Shown: piece after piece, positions 28,901-43,900 of the stretch
Layout: every line of letters begins with the position of its first letter
Numbering within the stretch: the first letter of the stretch is position 1
From: an uncultured Planctomycetaceae bacterium
GTDB lineage: Bacteria; Planctomycetota; Phycisphaerae; SM23-33
Assembly: GCA_964385465.1 (NCBI GenBank)
Contig: CAYLPJ010000003.1
Location: 148,626-212,625, forward strand
Length of the DNA: 64,000 bases
Direction: 5' to 3'
The notes under the pieces: model-generated
Database searches by the model: none
Seen by the model: only the letters and a program-made list of their open reading frames with translations
What the model was told of the DNA's origin: nothing
Made by a program: the position numbers and the translations under genes

Positions 28901-31900
28901 CACGGGGCTGACGACGGACGGCGAGGGCGAGGTGGACCTGGACGTCGGCGGGTCGATCCTGCACGACGGGGCGAGTTTCAGCTTCGACCCGGAGAAGAAC
29001 AGCGACGGCGTGTCCGTCCACACCAACCAGGTGGACATCGACCTGCCGCTCGAGCTGACAGGCGGCGGCGGGGTGGACGTCGCGACAGTGACCTTCGCCG
29101 ATTCGGACTTCTACGACGGCCAGTTGGACCCCGGCTTCAGCGCGGACCTGCGAGACGTGAACGTCGTGCTGACCGAGCTGGCCTACCAGGCCCTGGACCT
29201 GCTGGGCGAGGAGATCGAGACGCTCCGGGGCACGCTGATCACGCAGTACGACTCCGAAGGCAACGCGGTCACCTCCGGCAGCTTCCTCGACGAGCAACTG
29301 CCCGGGGTGGACGTCTCGCTGGACCGCATGCTGGGGATCGACTCGATCCTGTCGGTCGGCAGCTACATCCGCCACTACCTCCGGCCCCACCTGGACGAGA
29401 CGGGCTTCGAGCGCGACGAGGCGATCCCCTTCGGCCAGAACGGCGAGGACTACTACGGCGGCGGCGTGCCCACCATGGGCGGGCTGTTCGACTACCTCGA
29501 GAGCACCTGGCTGGAGGGCCTTGGCGGCCAGGCCGGCGGACTGACGTGGGAACTGGACGGCACCGATGCCATCGAGATCACCTACACCGCCAGCGCCCCG
29601 TTCAGCCGGTCCATCGGCATCGATCTCGGCGCCGGGGCCGAGGACATCGGCCTGAGCATCGACGGCGACGCGACCTTCGACATCGACTTCACCCAGGACA
29701 TCGAGGCCGTCATGCGCTTCGACTGGGGAAGCAGCACGGCGGACTTCGAGCTGGATCACTACGACTTCACGGCCGCGGCGTCGGTGGATGACCTCGTCGT
29801 CGGCGCCTCGCTGGGCCCGCTGGATGTGGGCATCGGCAAGTCGGGCGAGGAAGAGGGCGCGATGTCCGTCCGGCTGGGCGGACGGCTGTCCTTCGACAAT
29901 CCCAGCGAGCTGGCCCGGGGCGACCTGCTGTTCACCGCCGGCGACCTGGCGTTCCGGCTGTTCCACGAGGTTGGCGGCCTGCCCAACAACGCCGTCGCCG
30001 CCGACTTGCCCATCTACGCCGAGTTGGGCGGGCAGGCGCTGGGCGGCACGGCGACGTCGAGGCCGCGAGTCGGGCTGGAGGGTGCCCTGTTCCCCACGGC
30101 CGGGGCGCCGGAGCTGGCGTTCACGACCGAGAACCTCGACGAGTTGCTGAACTTCAGCGACTTCAACGTCGGCAGCCTGATCGCGATGCTCCAGGGCACG
30201 CTGAACTGGCTGGACGGGCTGACCGGCTCGGACTTCCTGAGCGCCGAGATCCCCTTCGTGGGGAAGACGCTCGGGGACGTGCTGGACTTCGCCACCACGT
30301 TCAACGACCGCGTGCTGTCGAAGATCGACCCGGCACAGATCGGCACGATACAGGACTTCATCCGCGAGTTCAGCGAGGCCGGCATCCTGCCCGAGGGCCT
30401 GGACGTAACGTTCGACCCCGCCAGCGGCGTGCTCCGCCTGCCCAGCCTGTTCGACTTCAACCTCCACGAGTTCGGCCTGCGGAACCTCCAGAACCTCGGC
30501 GAGGCGAGCTTCCAGAAGCTCGTGGACATCGGCGCGATCGATCCGACCGTCGAGATGTCCAAGCTCACGCTGGTCAACAACCTGCTGGACATGCCGCTGG
30601 TGGGCCTACGCGGGCTGGTGGAATGGGGCCTGGTGGACGGCGACTCCTTCGGCTCGACCACGCTCGCCGTGGCGGACCTCGAGGGCCTCGGCCTGGCCGA
30701 TCCCGGCGACCTCGCCGGCCCGAACATCTCGCTGACGGCGCTGCTGGCAAGTCCGGCTGTGGACCTCCGCCTCGTGGACCTGGTCGACTACGACCTGCTG
30801 TCCCTGTCGGACCTGGCGGCCGGGCAGTGGATCGACTACGACGACCTCATCGACTCCCGCCTGATCACCGCCAGCCAGCTCATCGAGCTGGGCGTGACGC
30901 TGCGCGACCGCAACGACGAGATCACCGAGGACCCGGCCCTGGCGATCGAGGTCAGCCTGGACTCGCTGACATCGCTGAATGCCTTCGATCTCGCCGGGCT
31001 GCTGGACATGGGTTTCGTGGCCGTCGACGAGTTCGATCCGACGACGGCAATTTCCGAGGCCGCCCTGGAGTCCGCCGAGCTCATCGCCGAGGACGCCCTG
31101 GACGGCACGGGGTTGGTCAGCAGCGGGGACATCACGCTGGAGGACCTGCTCAGCGTGGACTCCGGCGTCAGCGTGGCCGTGGCGGACCTGATCGCCGAGG
31201 GCCTGCTGGGTGTCGGCGACCTGGACCTGGGCAACGTGGAGATCGGCAACCTGGGCGTCGAGGGCTTCGACCTCTACGAGCTGGTGGACCTGGGCCTGCT
31301 GACCCAGACCGAGATCACCACGTTCGTCCACGACGAGTTCGGGCTGATGGACGTCCCGCTGGACCTCGGGCTGGACCTCGGCGACGTGCTGGAGCTGGGC
31401 ACCACCGCCACGGTGGACCTCAAGGCGACTGTCGAGGCCGGCTTCGACTGGCTGCTGGACCTCGACGGCCCGACCGGCGAGGAGGGCCTGACGCTGCTGA
31501 TCGACAACGCCCACGTCTCCGGCGAGGCGTGGCTGGACGTCGAGGACCTGGAGTTCTTCGCCGAGCTCGGATTCGTCGGGCTCACCGCGGGCGGGCCGGG
31601 CACGGGCAGCGGCGTGAACCTCTACGCCAAGGCCGAGGCCGCCCTCGACGAGGACGGCGACCTCGCCACAACCGACGACCGCCAGTTCTCGTTCACCGAT
31701 CTGCTGGGCGGGGCGCTGTTCGACGAGCTGGCCTTCGACTTCTCCGGCTACGGGCAGGCGGCGCTGAAGTCCATCGAACTGGCCCAGCCCATCCCCGGCA
31801 TCAGCGACTCGGCCCTGGCGGGCAAGGAGCTGTCGATCACCATCCCGGACATCACCGACTGGGAACAGGTCGACGTGCTCAATCAGGGCGAGTTGACACC

Positions 31901-34900
31901 CTCGGAGCTGGACAGCGAGAGGGACCGCCTCACCGGCCTCGGGCACGTGGTCGTCGTCGTGCCGGACTTCGGCGACGTCTTCAACGTCAGCGACCTCGAC
32001 TTCGCCAGCATCATCCAGGCCATCCGCTCGGCCCTGGACTACCTCGACGACGCTCTCGAGGGCACGAGCTTCTACAACACCACCATCCCCGTCATCAACC
32101 GCTCCATCGACGACGTGATGGACTTCGTCGACGATCTCGCGGCGAAGGTCGAAGAGGCGGCGACGAACCCCGCGGCCGTCATCCAGGACGTCGAGCTGCT
32201 GATCGAGGACGCCCTGGGCATCGACGACGACAACTTCACCGACGGGATGGGCGGCTTCAGCACGACGTACGACGAGACGCTCTACCCGGACCCGGTGGAC
32301 GCGCGGGAGCAGACCTTCGCGTTGTGGCTGGACGGCGAGACGCTGAACATGCACCTGGAGTGGGAGGCCGCGTTCTCCGACGAGTTCGCCTTCTCGCTGG
32401 ACCTGGCGCAGATGAAGGCCCTGGCCGACGGTGCCGGCAACGACTACAGCGTGCTGGAAGGGCTCAACCAGTTCGTCGACGCCGGCGGGCAGGTCTCCTT
32501 CGAGGCCTACGCCACGGCGGTCATCGAGTTGGGCATCGACTTCAGCGAGATCGACACCCAGGGCCTCGGCGGCATCGACTTCTTCCTGCTCGATCACGAC
32601 GAGCAGGGGCCCGGCTCGGCCGACGACATCGGCACGCGGGTCGAGCTCGGCGCCACGGTCATCGCCGAGGACCTCGAGCTGTCCATCCAGCCGTTCGACA
32701 TCGGCATCACCGGCGGCCTGATCCTGCTGGACGCCGACCAGAACGCCGCCACGGACGACGCGGCCACGCTGACGTTCTCGCTGGACCAGCAGAGCGGCGC
32801 CGTCGCCGACGACGGGCGGTTCCGCATCGGCGAGGAGGACATCCTCGACAACCTGGACTTCTCGCTGGCGGGCAACTTCATCGTCGACCTGCCTGTGGAG
32901 ATCCTCGGCATCGGGCTGAACCCGAACCTGACGATCCAGACCAATTCCGCCGACTACGGCAGCGATGCGCTGATGCAACTGTTCCATCACATCGCCGGCT
33001 CGTCGGAAGCCGGGCCGCACGACCCGATCACCTTCACCTTCCCGGACATCACCGGCGCGCTGGGCGGGGACTTCGGCCTGCTGGGCATCCTCAACGATCC
33101 CAGCTACATTCTCGACGGCGTGGACCTCGCACTCGGCGGCGTCCAGGACATCCTCGGCTCCAGCTTCGCCTCCGATATCCCGCTGATCGGCGACAAACTC
33201 GACGACGCGGCCACGTTCATCCGCGACATGCGCCTGGGCTTCCTGGCCGACCTCCGCGAGCGGCTGGACGGCCCCGGCAAGGCGATCGAGTTCCTCCGCG
33301 ACGGCATGTGGGACGTGTTCGGACCGGCAGGGCTGGACATCATCCTGGACCGCGACGGTGACGGGGCGATCGAGGTGGAGGACATCCACGTCGGCTGGTA
33401 TGACGTCGACGGCAACCTGGTCAAGGAGTGGGTCGTCGGCGAGCAGGTGCCCGAGGCGGGCTTCGTCTACGACGAGGACGGCGACTACGTCAGCGACTCG
33501 GGCAGCCCGCCGGCCGGCGGGTTCACCGCCTCGGCCGACGCCGACGCGATCCAGTTCGACCTGACCCTCGGCGGGGTGGCCTTCGGCACGGGCGTGGACA
33601 TCCCGCTGGACATCGATCTGCCCGGCTTCGGCCTGGAGATCGACGGCGGCTTCGCCGTGCAGCTCGACTGGAGCTTCGACTTCGGCATGGGCCTGAGCCT
33701 GGAAGACGGGTTCTACCTGTCCACCAACGACAAGTCCGCCCCGGCCGACCCGGAACTGGAAGTCGAGATCGGCGCGTTCCTGGACGGCAAGCCGCTGGAC
33801 AACGCGCAGATCACCCCGTTCGTCGCCGGCGGCAAGCTGTTGTTCTTCCAGGTGACCGCCACGGATACCGACCGCGAGCCGGGCACGACGGGTTTCCAGC
33901 CCAGCGGCGTCTTCGGCTTCCTCGAGATCGACGCCATGGGCGACGCCTCCACCGGGCGCATGACGCTCAACCACATGCTGTCCACGCCGCTGGACGATCT
34001 CTTCGCCGTGGACCTGGGCGTCGACGCCGGAATGAATCTCGAGTTGAGGCTCGAACTGGCCGGGGTCGAGGGCCTGCCCAGCCTCGCCGCCGACTTCGTG
34101 GTCGACTGGGGTTGGAGCCTCGCCGGCGGGGCCGAGGACCCCGAAATCGCCCTGGAGAACCTCCGCATCGACGTCGGGCCGCTCGTCTCCGACGTGCTCA
34201 AGCCGATCAGCGAGGCCATCGCCGACGTCCTCGAACCCATCGAGCCGGTCATCGACGTGCTGCTGACCCCCATCCCCGGCCTGGACGTTTTGCTCGACGA
34301 TCCCAACCTGCTGGGGCTGATCAACTTCGTCGCCGGGCTGATGGGCTACGGCGAGGTCCCGCCGCAGTTCTTCTATGCCGCCCAGGACATGCTGGAGCTC
34401 GTCCAGCAGGTCGATGCCATGCTCGGCACGGACGGCGAGATCCTCCTCGGCGACGTGCTGGGGCTCGGAACGGACAGCCCGTCGGCCAACCAGGCCGAGG
34501 GGTCCGTCCCCGGCGTGCTCCAGGACTTCCTGGACTCCGTCGCCAGCGACTCGATGGGCGGCGAGCTGATCGCCTCCGGCGCCTCCGGCGGGGCCGTCAA
34601 CGAGCAGCGCAGCGGCTTCGAGATCCTCTCCTACATCACCGACATCGGCAACTGGATGAACCTGCTGACCGGTGGGGACGCCACGCTGTTCACCTACGAG
34701 ATGCCCCTGCTGGGCTACGAGATGAGCTTCAACCAGACGATCGCCACCATCACCGCCGGGCCCGCGGTGATCAAGGTCTCGGCGGTGGGGGGCTTCAGCA
34801 TCACGGCGGACCTCGGCTTCGGGTACGACACGTACGGCATCCGCCGGGCGATCGAGACGGGCAACCCGTGGCTTGCGTTCGACGGGTTCTTCATCGCCGA

Positions 34901-37900
34901 CTACTCCCTGGGCGATGAGTTCGTGGAGAAGGACGAACTGACCTTCGGCGCCGAGATCGGGCTGGAGGCGGCGTTGTGGTTGGCGCTGATCGAGGCGGGC
35001 CTCGGCGGCGTGCTGGGCTTCACCACCGGCATCGACCTCCAGGACGTCAACGACGACGGCAAGATCCACTTCTCCGAACTCGACACGATGTGGAACTACA
35101 CCGGCAACGACGCGCCGGGCGGCCTGCTGAACCTCTTCAACCTCCACGGTGAGGCCTACGCCGAGGCGTATGTGTTCGTGGACGTCGGCATCTCCATCCC
35201 GTTCGTCGGCAAGATCATGAAGCGGGTCGTCGACTGGACCATCGTCGACATCACCCTCGCCGAGTGGGAGTACAACGCGCCCAAGGTCCAGCCCGTGCTG
35301 GCCAGTACCGACGGCGACACCCTCGTCCTGCACACCGGCAAGCGAGCCGGCGACCGCGAGTACCTCGACACCGAGGACGGCGGGGAGCACTTCACCCTCA
35401 CCGGCGACAGCTCGGCCATCGAGGTCGCCTACGGCGAGTGGTCCTTCACCTACGACGACACCACCTACACCAAGGTCATCGCGGACGGCGGCGCCGGCGA
35501 GGATGTCTTCGACGCCTCCGGGCTGACCGGGGTGGACGTCGAGTTCGACGGCGGCGAGGGAGACGACACGCTCACCGCCGGGACGGGCGCGGCCGTGCTG
35601 ATCGGCGGGCCCGGCGACGACCGCCTCCAGGCCGGTTCGGCGACGGGGACGATCACGCTGGACGGCGGCGAGGGCGACGATTTCCTGATCGGCGGCCCGG
35701 GCGTCAACGACCTGACCGGCGGGCCGGGCAACGACCGGCTCACCGGCGGCTCGGACGCCGACACGCTCGCCGGTGGGACCGGCAAGGACACCCTCAGCGG
35801 CGCCGCGGGGGCCGAAACGTACATCTTCGAGGCCGACTTCGGGCCCGACCGCTGGTCCGACTCCGCCGACGCCAGCGTCCTCGACCTCAGCGCCACCACC
35901 GAGAACCTTACCGTCGACATCAGCGCCACCGGAATCAAGATCGCCAGCGACGACGCCGAACTCCGCTTCGGCCGAAGCGAGATCAGCCAGATCATCCTCG
36001 GCACCGGAGACGACGTGCTCCGCATCCGCGACTGGCCGGCCGGAACGCTCCAGATCGAGGACACCGGCGGCTCGGCCACCTACAACTTCGAGTTGGGGCT
36101 CCAGAGCTCCAACAAGGCCGACGGCATCATCGACATCGTCGACAACGATGACGACCACGACGAGATCATCCTCGACAACCTTGTGGGCATGGACCCCGAC
36201 GACAACGTCTTCGACGCGCTGACGATCAACGACCACGAGCTCGTCAACGGCCGGGAGATTATCCGCTACACCGACGGCGTCGAGCAGATCAGCCTGCCGG
36301 TGGTCGAATCGGAGATCGACGACACGGGCGAGACGACGTTCCACATGCGGGACCTGGAGATCGTCTCGACGAACCCCGGCGGGGCGGTGCTGGGCGAGAC
36401 GGACCTGATCGTCGACGCCCGCAACCTGACGGTCTCGACGGACCTCGACGGCGACGGCTTCGTGTTCACCGTCGAGGAGGACGTGGTGCTGGACGGCTCG
36501 GTGCACGCCACCGGGGACATGGACATCGCCTCCGACACGATCGGCAGCAGCGCGGGCGTCGGGCGGGTGGATCACGCAATTGACGCCCACGACCTCGACT
36601 GGCACATCCGCGTCAGCGACGTTATTGCCAACGCCCGCATCAACGCGATCTTCGACGGCAAGCTGGATATTTACGCCGCCAACACGACCCCGGCGGACAT
36701 CATCCTCAACGTGGACATCACGTCCTCCTCGGGCGACACCACCGACGGCCAGGGCGGCGGGACCATGCGCCTGGTCGCCGAGGGCGTGCTGGATATGCAC
36801 AACGACATGCAGTTCCTCGGCGCCGGCGCGCACCTGATCCTCGCGGCCGACAACATCAACAACCACTTCTACGGCGGCTCGAACAAGATCCGCACGACGG
36901 TGGCGGGCCTGACGGTGCTCACGCGGGACGAGGGCGTGGTCTCCGGCAGCGAGATCGTCGTCGAGGAGACCGACAGCCTGGTCGTCCACGGGCTGGACCT
37001 CTCGGACGTCCCCTCGCAGAACCCCGTGGGGCTCAGCAGCGCCCACGGCATCATTCACGTGACGCTGGCGGGCACCGACGCGCGGCTGACCCTCGACACC
37101 GGCAGCATCATCACGCGCGACCCGGGCATGGACATCACGCTGTTCGCCGACGACTTCGACTTCATCCCCTCGCCGCTGGTTCGCGACACCACCACCGACC
37201 GGCCCCGCGGCGGCGTGATCGGCACGGGGCAGCTCACGCTGCGGGCGCCGAACGCCTCGACGTTCATCATGGGCACCGCGGCCGAGCACGAGCTGGGCAA
37301 GGACTGGACGGACCTCGCCGCGGACACGCCGGGCTACACGGCGTTCCCCGAGCACGTGGGCGGCAACTTCAGCGGCCCCGAGGGCGACAAGAGCTACGAC
37401 GAGGACGGGTCGATTTTCCAGGACACGGTGCACCTGTCCACGCGGGACCTGTCGGCGCTGGCGGACGGCTTCACGCTGATCACGATCGGCGACGACGTCG
37501 GCGACGCCAACCCGACGGCGGAGATGCGGTTCGGCGACGCGATGGACGCCGCGATCGTCAAGCACGACGGCTCGCCGCGCGACCGGGACAGCTCCTTCCG
37601 GGACGACGTGATCCTCAACGCCGCGAAGGTGTTCGTCGAGGGCGAGGTCGAGGCGCTCGCGCCGGGCGGCGACCCGCCGATCACGCTGGAGATGAACACC
37701 GACCGCCTCCAGATCAAGGACAAGAACATCCACAACCCGCTGGGCGGGACCGATTCGGGCATCACCGGCGACCTGCTGGAGCTCGACGGCATCCGCGACC
37801 GCATGATCGTCGACGGCTGGGTGCGGACCTGGGGCGACATCCGCGTGAACATCCAGGGCGACGGCGAGTCGTACGTCTCGCCGATGATGACCGACGTCAC

Positions 37901-40900
37901 CGACGACGACAAGCGGCTGAACAACTTCATCCAGGGCGTTCCCGGCACCATGGAGACGTTCGCCGACGGCGGGGTCATCGAGATCATCACCAAGAACTCC
38001 GTCGTGCTGGAGGGGCGTACCTTCGTCCAAGGCGAGGGCGCGCGGGTCACGATCAAGCCGGGCACCTTCTTCGAGCTCGTGCAGATCGCCGGGCAGATCA
38101 GCTCCGCCGATGCCGACAGCCTCATCGAGATCGAGGCCCCCGAGGCCGTCTACGTCAACGGCGAGGTCCTCGCCGGCGTCGAGTGGCAGGGCGGGGTGAA
38201 GGTCGTCACCGGCGAGGGCGCCGACGTGACCGTCAATACCCCGCACGAACTGCGGATCTTCGGGGCCATCACGTCCACGGACGTCATGGAACTGACCGGC
38301 GGCGCCGACCAGGACTGGAACGAGCGCGATCCGCAGGACGCCAGCATTCACCTGACCGGGCAGCTCACCTCGCTCGACGACAACCGCCTGCTGAAGCTCC
38401 AGGGCCCCGACGACGTCCTCGTCGAGGGCAGCATCTTCGTCCGCGGGCGAAACAGCGGCCTGCTCATCGACTCCGGTCAGCGCGTCAAGTTCGCCACCAG
38501 CTTCGTCGAGGTCGAGGACGGCATCGACATCTACGGGCGGGGTGAGTCCACCGACGTCGACACCGGAATCACGTCCAGTGTCTTCGTGGACGCCACGGCC
38601 GTCATCACCAGCTTCCAGAACGGCAGCAACATTCACATCGAGGGCGCCGGGGACGTGGACATCCTCGGCACGGTCCTGGCCGGCGGGGCGATCGGCCCGA
38701 CGGGCGTGACGTGGTCCGGCACGGACAGCGAGGCGGTCGTCACCGCCGGCGAGCAGGTGTACGTGGACAGCGGCATCCTCGCCAGCGACACGGTGACGGT
38801 CGTCGGCGGCCCGGCCGGCGAGGACGACGCCAGCCTCGACCCCGCCAACGACGGGCTGGCCCCGGCTGACCAGCGCCGCGTCAGCGTCGTGGTCACCACC
38901 GCCGGCGGCATGACCGCCGCGGGGCGCACCTCCGACGGCTCGGCCGGGCTCATCCGCATCTTCGGCGCCAGCGGCGTGGAGATGATGGGCCACCTCTACA
39001 GCGGCGCCACCAAGGGCCTGCTGTTCGACGGCGAGGGCAACCTCATCAAGGAGATCATCGACTGGGAAAGTTCCGTCGGCGGCGACGTGTCCATCGAGTC
39101 GCCCGGGCAGGTCTTCATCGGCGGTTGGGCCGAAAACCAGGCCACCGAGGTCGTCCTCGACAGCGACGTCACGCTGCATATCATCCTGGACCCCGACGGG
39201 TCCCCCACGCCCGGGAGCATCACTCTCGACGCCGACGACACGACGAACTTCACCCGCCTGCACGAGTTGCGGCAACTCGTCTCCGATGCCCTGACGGCCG
39301 AGTTCGGCGGGGACATCGACGTGCAGATCGAAAACGACCGCCTCGTGTTCGTGGCGGACCAGCCGTTCACCATGGAGTCCACCAGCACCAACGCCGACCT
39401 GCTCGGCCTCGGCGGCGGGGACCTGGAGGGCAACGAGGTCGTCCCCGACGCGGAGATCGCCGCCGACGTCGCCCCGCCGAGCATGGCCCTGAGCTCCGAC
39501 GCGACCCTCGTGCTCAACGACGGCGAAGGCGACGCGCTGGGCTCGATCACCGTGACCGCCGCCGAGACGGCCGGGTTCACGCAGCTCAGCGAGCTGATCG
39601 CCTTGTTGAATGACAAGCTCAACGACGCGGGGCTGACCGAGATGCTCGCCCGCGACGGCGGCGGGTTGCTGGCGCTGACCGGCGAGTTCGACTTCGAGAT
39701 CGACGAGACCTCCTCGAACGCCGACCTGCTGGGCTTCGACGCCGTCGCCGCCCCGGCCACCGTCGCCAGCGCGCGCGACGCCTCCACCTGGGAGGTTACC
39801 GCGGTGCACTCGCTGTTCGGCAGCGTGGTGGAGACCGGCGGCTACATCGCGGCCAGCGACACCATCTCGCTGTTCAACTGGGACACCGCCGAGCACCCGT
39901 ACATCGGCGGGGAGGTGGGCGTCCGCATCCAGGGCTCCAGCGAGTTGACCACCCACGAGGACGAGAGCCTCATCGAGGTGGACTCGAAGCTCGACGCCGA
40001 GATCGAGGGACACCTCATCGCCGGCGGCGAGGTCGAGACCATCCGCGACGCCGAGACCGGCGGGTTCATCGGCTCGAGGCTGATCGACTTCGGCACGGAT
40101 ACCGACGACACCGAGATCGACATCCAGGCCGAGCACCAGGTGCGGATCGGCACGACGCTGAAGGCCGGCGGGAGGATTCACGTCGTCGGCGGGGACGACC
40201 CCGTCGAGGGCGACCCGGGCGACCCGTTCAACTTCACCGGCTCCAGCGTCCTGATCTTCGGCTCGGCGAAGCTGGAGACCTGGGGCGAGAACAGCGCCAT
40301 CGACATCGAGGGCACCGGCGACATCAAGGTGCTCTCGCCCACGCACTTCCACGAGGTCGAGCCCGAGGAGTGGGCCAAGGGCCCGCGGGCGTTCCTCGTC
40401 GGCGAGGGCCAGTTTGCCCTCGGGGGCGTCCTGCCCGCCGACGTCACGCTCGACATGCGCCGCCGCGACGGGTTGGGCGGGTACCTCACCGAGTCGATCA
40501 CCCTCTCGGCCGGAGACTACGCCAACGATGCCCTGATCGTCACCTCCCTGGAAGCCGAGTTCGCCGCCAGTACGGACTTCACCGACGTGCAGGTGAGCAA
40601 CCCGGGCCGCTACCTGGTGCTGGATGCGCCGTACGACTTCGACATCGAAAGCACGTCGGTCAACCTCGACCTGCTGGGCCTTGCCAGCGTGCAGACGGCC
40701 CGGGTGGTCTATCCCGAGGCCCGGGTTGTCGGCGACGTGAACATCCCGACGACCGGTCGGCTGGTCGAGGATGTGGTGCTGGACCTGAGCATGGACGACG
40801 GCGTCGGCGGGACCATCGACGATACCGTCACCATCGCCGCGGCGGACACGACCGGCCATACCACGCAGGCCGAGCTGCTCACGACGATCAACACGGCCCT

Positions 40901-43900
40901 GGACGCCTCGGCGTTCGCGGACATCGACGCGGTGCTGCGCGACGGCAAGATCGTGCTGACGACCCTCGGGCTGGACTTCACCGTCAAGGGGACCTCCCAG
41001 AACGTCAACCTCCTGGGCCTCCGCGGCGAGTGGGAGACCGAGGAACTCCGCGATCCGGCCGTGCTTACGCCAGCCAGCGACGCTCCGACCACCGGGCAGC
41101 TCATCCGCGACCTCGTGCTCATCATCCGCATCGAGGCGACGGACCTGGAAGACGAACTGCTGGGCGCGGTGATCGTCTCCGCCGCCGACACGACGGACAA
41201 CACGACGCTGGTCGACCTGGTCACCGACATCAACAACGAGTTGACCGGCACGGACGTGCCCCGGTACGTCGGCACGCGGACGTTTGGAGACTACCTCACC
41301 GCGTCGATCCGCGACGGGAAGCTGCTGCTGACCGGCACGCACGAGTTCAAGCTCAGGGAAGCCTCGCAGGCGTTGGAACTGGTCGGCATGGACTCCGGCG
41401 AGGAACTGCCCGCCACCGAGATCTTCTTCGACGCGATCCTGGCCGCCGACGTCGACCTCCCCGCGGCCGTGCTGACCGACCCGGTCACCCTCGACCTGAT
41501 GGTCAACCGCAACGGCTCGGTGACCGAGGACACCGTGACGGTGCCCGTGGACGGCAGCAACTCGACGCTGGCCGACCTGGTCGCCGACGTGGACGCCGCC
41601 CTGACGCTGGCGGGCTTCGGCGATGTCGAGGCCGAGCTCGAAGGCGACCGCCTGGAGCTGGTCAGCCACTGGGAATTCACCGTCAAGGGCACGAGCACCA
41701 ACGCCGACCTGCTGGGCCTTACGACCGTAGACGGCGGCGCGGACGTGGCCGCGTCCCGCCAGGCGTCGATCTTCGAGCTGCTCGGCCCGCGCGACGTTCC
41801 CACCACCGGCGTCCTCGCCGAGGACGTGGCGCTCGAGGTCGAGGCCGTCGACAGCGACGACGTGGTCACCGCGGCGACCGTCACCGTCGCCCGCGAGGAC
41901 ACGCTGGGCAACGCGAGCATCGCCGAGCTGGCCGCGACCGTCGGGGCCGCCTTCGCCGAGGCCGGACTGGACATCCAGGCCGCCGAGGACAGCGGCACGA
42001 TCGTGCTGAGCAGCCTGACGGTGGACTTCGAGGTCTTCACCACCAGCGAGGCCGCCGACCTGCTGGGCCTGACGGACGTCCATGGCGGGTCGGACGTCTC
42101 CTCCGACCGCCCGGACGCCACCTTTGAGCTGGTCCCCGACGACGAGCTCTGGTCCACCGGCGTGCTGCCCGACAACGTCGAACTGGCGATCACACGGGCG
42201 CTGGAGGACCCCAACGACGACCCGGCCCACATCAGCCCGGACCTGCCCGAGGAGATCGACCGGGACGAGGATAACGTGGTCACCGGCACGGTGACGATCA
42301 GCCGTTCCGACACGCTGGACAACACCGCCGGCAGCGAGGCCGACCGCCTGGAGGCTCTCGCCGAGGACATTACCGCGGCGTTCATTCGCGACGGCTTCCG
42401 CCAGATCACCGCGTCGGTTGACAGCGGTAAGATCGTGCTGTCCAGCCCGTATGCGTGGTCGATCGGTGAGGAATCCGCCGAGACCGAGCTGCTGGGCATC
42501 ACCACCGTGCCGACGCCCGAGCTCGAGGCCGAGCGCCCGCCGGAGACCTACCAGGTCACCGGCGTCGACAGCATGATCAACGGCGTGCTCGACGACGACA
42601 TCACGCTGGACCTGTCGATCGACGACGGCGGCGGCGGGACATTCGACGGCGAGGTCAGCCTGCCGGCCTCGGCGACCGACGGGACCGACAGCGGCACCAG
42701 TGCCAATGCGGGCATCGCCGATCTCGTCGCCGACCTCAACGCCGCCCTGGCCGATACCGAAATCCCCGGCCACCCGGGGCAGTTCTTCGGCGACGTCATC
42801 GAGGCGGCCGCCGTCGGCGGCTTCGACGCCAGCGCCGGCGGGGCAGGTGTCGGCTCGGCTGCCGACGCGACCGGGCGGATCGTCTTCGTCGCCGACGAGG
42901 CCTTCACGCTGACCGTCGACGCCGCGGACAGCCTCGATCAGCTCGGCTTGGCCAACGGCACGCAGAGCTCGGCCGCGACGGACCCGGACTGGGAGGTCGC
43001 CGCCTCGGCGGACCTGCCCTCCGACGGCGTGATCACCGGCGACGTGACGCTGCGGGTCACGCTCGACGACGGCGGCTCGGACCTCGACTTCACGGTCACG
43101 CTGCCGGCGGTCGACACCACCGCCAATACCTCGGCAACCGAGCTGCTGCTGGACCTCCAGACCGCCTTGGCGGCCACGGAAGTCCAGGACGTCAGCGAGG
43201 CCGAGTCCACCGGCTCCTACGCCAGCCAGTTCGTCGTCACGCAGATCCGGGACGGCAAGCTGGTGCTGGTCAGCGAGCTGGAGTTCGAGATCGACGGCGA
43301 CGCGTCATCCAATGCCGCCCTGCTCGGCCTGGCCAGCGTCTCCCCGGGCAGCGACGTGGCCTCGGCCAAGCCGCCGGTCCGGCAGGAGCTCCCGGCCGAC
43401 AACGTCCTTCCGCCGCGGCGCTCGTTCACGCAAGACGTGGTCTTCGACCTGCGGATGCTGCCCGAGAATCTCATCGCGAGCATCCCGGTCAACGAGTACG
43501 AGGTCACCGTCGCCGCCGCCGACACCGAGAGCAACGCGGACATCGACGACCTGGTCGCCGACATCGACGACGCGCTGCTGGCCGCGATCGGCAGCCAGGA
43601 TGTCTGGGCGCAGTACCAGGGCGGCAAGCTCTCGCTGGTCAGCTACACGCCGTTCCAGCTCGAGTACTCCTCGGAGAACGAGGGGCTGATGGGCGTGACG
43701 GACATGCCCAACGAGCTCATCGCCGCCAACCGCGCCAGCCAGGACGGCGAGCTGCCCGAGGACGTCACCCTCGTGGTCTGGGTGAATCTGGGCACGAAGA
43801 AGATCGTCGGCGAGGTAACCATCTCCGCTGCCGACACGGCCGACAACCCCGCGGGCAATGGCATCACGGACCTGCTGAACGATATCCAGGACGCGCTGAA

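Noticed and set aside
35480-35860. Interpreting the RTX block together with the adjacent RND-type MFP/pump as a type I secretion system for the giant protein
   Set aside because: The nearby exporter is an RND (AcrB/CzcA-type) pump, not an ABC-type T1SS transporter. The RTX block is internal, ~8,400 aa from the C-terminus, whereas T1SS signals are C-terminal.
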